Assembly (NCBI GenBank): GCA_963674745.2
Contig: CAXXDV010000001.1
Coordinates: forward strand, 2,630,361-2,694,360
Direction: 5' to 3'
DNA length: 64,000 nucleotides
From: Desulfosudaceae bacterium
Lineage (GTDB): Bacteria; Desulfobacterota; Desulfobacteria; Desulfobacterales; Desulfosudaceae
Part shown: one piece after another, positions 61,345 through 64,000 of the stretch
How positions within the stretch are numbered: the stretch's first letter is position 1
Layout of the letters: every line of letters starts with the position of its first letter
Translations under genes and position numbers: made by a program
The notes under the pieces: model-generated
What the model saw: the letters and a program-made list of their open reading frames with translations, nothing else
The model's database searches: none
Told to the model about the DNA's origin: nothing

Positions 61345-61372
61345 TTGACAAATCAAAATTAATCCGTAAAAT
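61345..61372 (+). promoter_or_regulatory. Sigma70 promoter for the ParB-like/TGT-like operon
   Basis: TTGACA 61345-61350, 16 nt spacer, TAAAAT 61367-61372; AGGAGG RBS before ATG 61454. Confidence 0.5.
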
Positions 61373-61453
61373 TAAATTATAATTTTAATTAACGAGAGAA
61401 ACATCCCGCCAAAGCGGTCTAAACCTCCTCGCCAGACAACAGGAGGCTAGACT

Positions 61454-62644
61454 ATGCAAACACAAATTGAAACCCATCCAGAAAACCCTGTAGAGCCATC
61501 ATTGCCCGCTGAACATCAATTTACAGTGGAAGATGCCGGCGATGAAGTTCAAGGCGCTCCGGGAGCTTTGAGTGGTCAAGACGCCCCGAGAGAGTTGACG
61601 GATCAAAATCCCCCAGGCGATTTGAACAATCAAGTTCCCCCGGGGGATTTGATCTATCACGATGAAGATTTTGAAATGTACGATGCCACGGCGATCATAA
61701 AATGTGAACTGGGACCGGATTTTTTGGATCCGACAGACAGCACTCATGTCATTATTGTAAGAACAGCAACCAACCGTACTATTTGCATTGATGGCTACAA
61801 GATGGTTAAGGACGCCATATCAAACAATCAAAAACAGGTCCGCTGTTATACCTATTCCATTTCGACTGATGATAATGAAGAAATAGCCATCCGCAAAACA
61901 GCAATCCGCATGCTTCCCAAAGCGGGCAAGTGTCGTTATGCAGAGTTGATCCGGAACGTTAAATTCCTTTTTGATATGTTATATGCGAGCCGCAAAAATC
62001 CGCAAATTTTTCAGCATGGCGGGGTAAGAAAAGGTGAAAAATTTAATGGCAACAAGGAAGAGGATATCCGGACGATTCTGGCCAAAAGGCTCGGAAAATC
62101 CCGAAACACAATCAGTGATTACCTGAATTACGGGGAGCATCTAAACGAGAACGTATTTCAGTATCTTATTAATAATAAGGCAAAAAAGGATTTCTTTGAA
62201 AAAGTCCAATCAAACAAAAGGATAAAGGTAAAAATCCTGAAAGGTCGCAATTTAGAGGATGATGCCATTACCGAAGTGATTTCAGCGGATATGTTTAACT
62301 GGTGGCTTGAGTATAAAAACAATAAAGGGAAAATTTCGAGTATTACCGCTCCACCAGCTCCACCATCAACCGGAAGTGAAAACCTCGACGATGATGAACC
62401 GCTGGAAGAATTTTCTTGTCGACAACCACCAGCAGAAACAAATCCGGACGAGAACATATCAGAAATTTCGATCGATGAAATACATCGGCAGATGGAGGAG
62501 ATGGCAGAATCATGGGATAGCTTTGCTAAAGGTAAACCCACACCTGATGAAATCTCGCCTTTTTTAAGGGTTCTTATGTTAGATATTACCCGAATATCCC
62601 GCCTGACGAATGAGCTTATACAAAACCAACAGGACGACAGTTAA
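61454..62644 (+). CDS. Divergent ParB/Srx-like protein with HTH
   Basis: IIVR...CIDGY (degenerate IDGxxR), HGGVRK, LAKRLGKSRNTISDYL HTH, acidic disordered termini. Confidence 0.6.
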   Translation: MQTQIETHPENPVEPSLPAEHQFTVEDAGDEVQGAPGALSGQDAPRELTDQNPPGDLNNQVPPGDLIYHDEDFEMYDATAIIKCELGPDFLDPTDSTHVIIVRTATNRTICIDGYKMVKDAISNNQKQVRCYTYSISTDDNEEIAIRKTAIRMLPKAGKCRYAELIRNVKFLFDMLYASRKNPQIFQHGGVRKGEKFNGNKEEDIRTILAKRLGKSRNTISDYLNYGEHLNENVFQYLINNKAKKDFFEKVQSNKRIKVKILKGRNLEDDAITEVISADMFNWWLEYKNNKGKISSITAPPAPPSTGSENLDDDEPLEEFSCRQPPAETNPDENISEISIDEIHRQMEEMAESWDSFAKGKPTPDEISPFLRVLMLDITRISRLTNELIQNQQDDS

Positions 62645-62714
62645 ACAACCATCCAAAATTAACCCGGGGGCTGATATCAGTATCGTTAGCCCCCACCAAT
62701 AATAAACAGGAGAT

Positions 62715-63809
62715 ATGAACATGGGACAATTAGTTAATTTTTGCGCCGGGACCAATAAAGCTATTTTACCGGCTGAAAAGGTCGAAGCGATTTTATACAA
62801 TATTATTGATAACGGTATAGATGAAAAGGTGCGCCAATATACTCGGGAGATGTTTGAATTCGCCGGCACTGAAATTCCCTTTCAGGATAGCAGCGGCTTT
62901 CAGATTTTCATAGCCGAAAGCAAAGGGAAAATAGTTAATTCTGAGCCGACACACCCTTTGAAACTTGACGAAAAAGAAATAAATATAGCGCCCTGGCATG
63001 TCATAGAAGTAGCCAGAGAATTAAACCCCAAAATAATAACATCACTGGATTATCCATTGAGACCGAAGACTTCCGAGAAAGGACAGGAATACGAATTCAT
63101 CCAAAAAATGGACATCAATATTAAATGGGCGAAGGAGACAGCCGAATTACGAGAAAAATACTGTCCTGATACGAAGCTGTTAGTACCACTGCAAGCCTAT
63201 AATGTCGAGCAGATGGAAATCATTCTCAACGAGCTGTCCGGAGTCAATTATGACGGTGTAGCGCTGATAGCCAGGGCGCTGGATACTAAGCAGTTGACAC
63301 TTTGTCTATGCCGTTTGTATCAGCTGGGAATTCAGGAAGTCCACATGCTGGGCGTTTCTGAATTTTTTAAAATAGGGCTTTTTGCATATATGGCACGAAA
63401 GCATTTTGACTGGATATCATTTGATGCGACAACATGGCGTGAAGTAGCACAAGGTGCAGGCTTTATGAGCTCTTATGACTTGTCAGTGAAAAAAATCGGG
63501 GGGGTAAGGATTGATGAAACCATAAAAAATACCTGCCCATGTCCATGGTGCCGCGGAACGACTTTCACACAGATAAAAAATATGCCGCAGACGGACCAGA
63601 TAGCCTTTCTACGCTGTCATAATTTCTGGGTAATAGATCAGGCTGCGAAGGAACTTTACAATAACTCAGATAGCGTTTCAGCCCTTGAACGACACTTGTT
63701 AGGTAGAACCGATAAAACGGGAAGAGTGAAAGCCCTCTGCTATGCGCTGGATTTGTTCGAATTATTCAAAGATGGCGATATCAACGACCTGAAAGCACTT
63801 CTGCAATAA
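62715..63809 (+). CDS. tRNA-guanine transglycosylase (TGT/DpdA-like) family protein
   Basis: QDSSGFQ, SLDYP, VPLQ, VHMLGV, SFDATTW and CPCPWC...HN zinc motif, in TGT order. Confidence 0.85.
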   Translation: MNMGQLVNFCAGTNKAILPAEKVEAILYNIIDNGIDEKVRQYTREMFEFAGTEIPFQDSSGFQIFIAESKGKIVNSEPTHPLKLDEKEINIAPWHVIEVARELNPKIITSLDYPLRPKTSEKGQEYEFIQKMDINIKWAKETAELREKYCPDTKLLVPLQAYNVEQMEIILNELSGVNYDGVALIARALDTKQLTLCLCRLYQLGIQEVHMLGVSEFFKIGLFAYMARKHFDWISFDATTWREVAQGAGFMSSYDLSVKKIGGVRIDETIKNTCPCPWCRGTTFTQIKNMPQTDQIAFLRCHNFWVIDQAAKELYNNSDSVSALERHLLGRTDKTGRVKALCYALDLFELFKDGDINDLKALLQ

Positions 63810-63822
63810 CAACACCGATTCC

Positions 63823-63868
63823 AAAGTGGCCGGGCTCAAATCGATTGGGTTCGGCCATTTTTATTTTT
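63823..63868 (+). terminator. Intrinsic terminator after the TGT-like gene
   Basis: GTGGCCGGGCTCAA-loop-TTGGGTTCGGCCAT followed by T tracts. Confidence 0.8.
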
Positions 63869-64000
63869 GCATCGGTGGAAATCGTTTAATGGTTTAATCC
63901 GAAAGCGTTTTTAAGAACTGTACGCCCTAATTGCCTACCAGTCGGTAATTCAGAAACATTACGCCCGTCAAAACCAGTCGTCATCTATATTCACATAGAA

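Larger units (their letters stand above)
58972..64000. mobile_element. Left part of an integrative element / genomic island inserted at the ssrA 3' end
   Basis: Integrase abuts the tmRNA CCA; excisionase present; visibly more AT-rich; no native ssrA terminator; the other att site is not in the window. Confidence 0.85.

Noticed and set aside
1..64000. Genome-wide UGA reassignment (genetic code 4 or 25)
   Set aside because: Conserved genes such as glgP, paaK and yqgE end at TGA at their expected C-termini, Trp is encoded by TGG, and I saw no other gene with an internal TGA.
1..64000. CRISPR array, rRNA, tRNA (including selC) or IS transposase
   Set aside because: I saw no regularly spaced repeats or matching signatures; the only tRNA-like element is tmRNA. 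The Sec machinery, if present, must lie elsewhere in the genome.

Overview
Bacterial chromosomal window, probably from an anaerobic Desulfobacterota-like (deltaproteobacterial) organism. This is inferred from the tmRNA tag ADDYNYAVAA, the Fe-S-rich oxidoreductases and the paaK-ACT pair. The main discovery is at 1-4384: three tandem paralogous secreted proteins on the minus strand. Each has a strong start, a 35-36 aa signal peptide ending in an AxA-type motif, and then an in-frame TGA. In all three, the hairpin GCTGAC-CGTG(G/A)AT-GTCAGC begins exactly 11 nt downstream of that TGA, which is bacterial SECIS geometry. This suggests an apparently undescribed family of exported selenoproteins with selenocysteine at or next to the mature N-terminus, and the ORF track misses it. 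Next come housekeeping genes (HtpX-like protease, lemA, glgP, Pit/DUF47, OmpA, MBL hydrolase). A ~28 kb surface-glycan locus follows (GT-C/TMTC-like enzymes, wzm/wzt, STELLO-like GT, tandem radical SAM, five methyltransferases, GDP-mannose 3,5-epimerase-like enzyme), and then further metabolic genes. tmRNA lies at 58619-58971, with an integrative element inserted at its 3' end that carries integrase, excisionase, a zinc-finger protein and a ParB-like plus TGT-family pair (possible DNA base modification).
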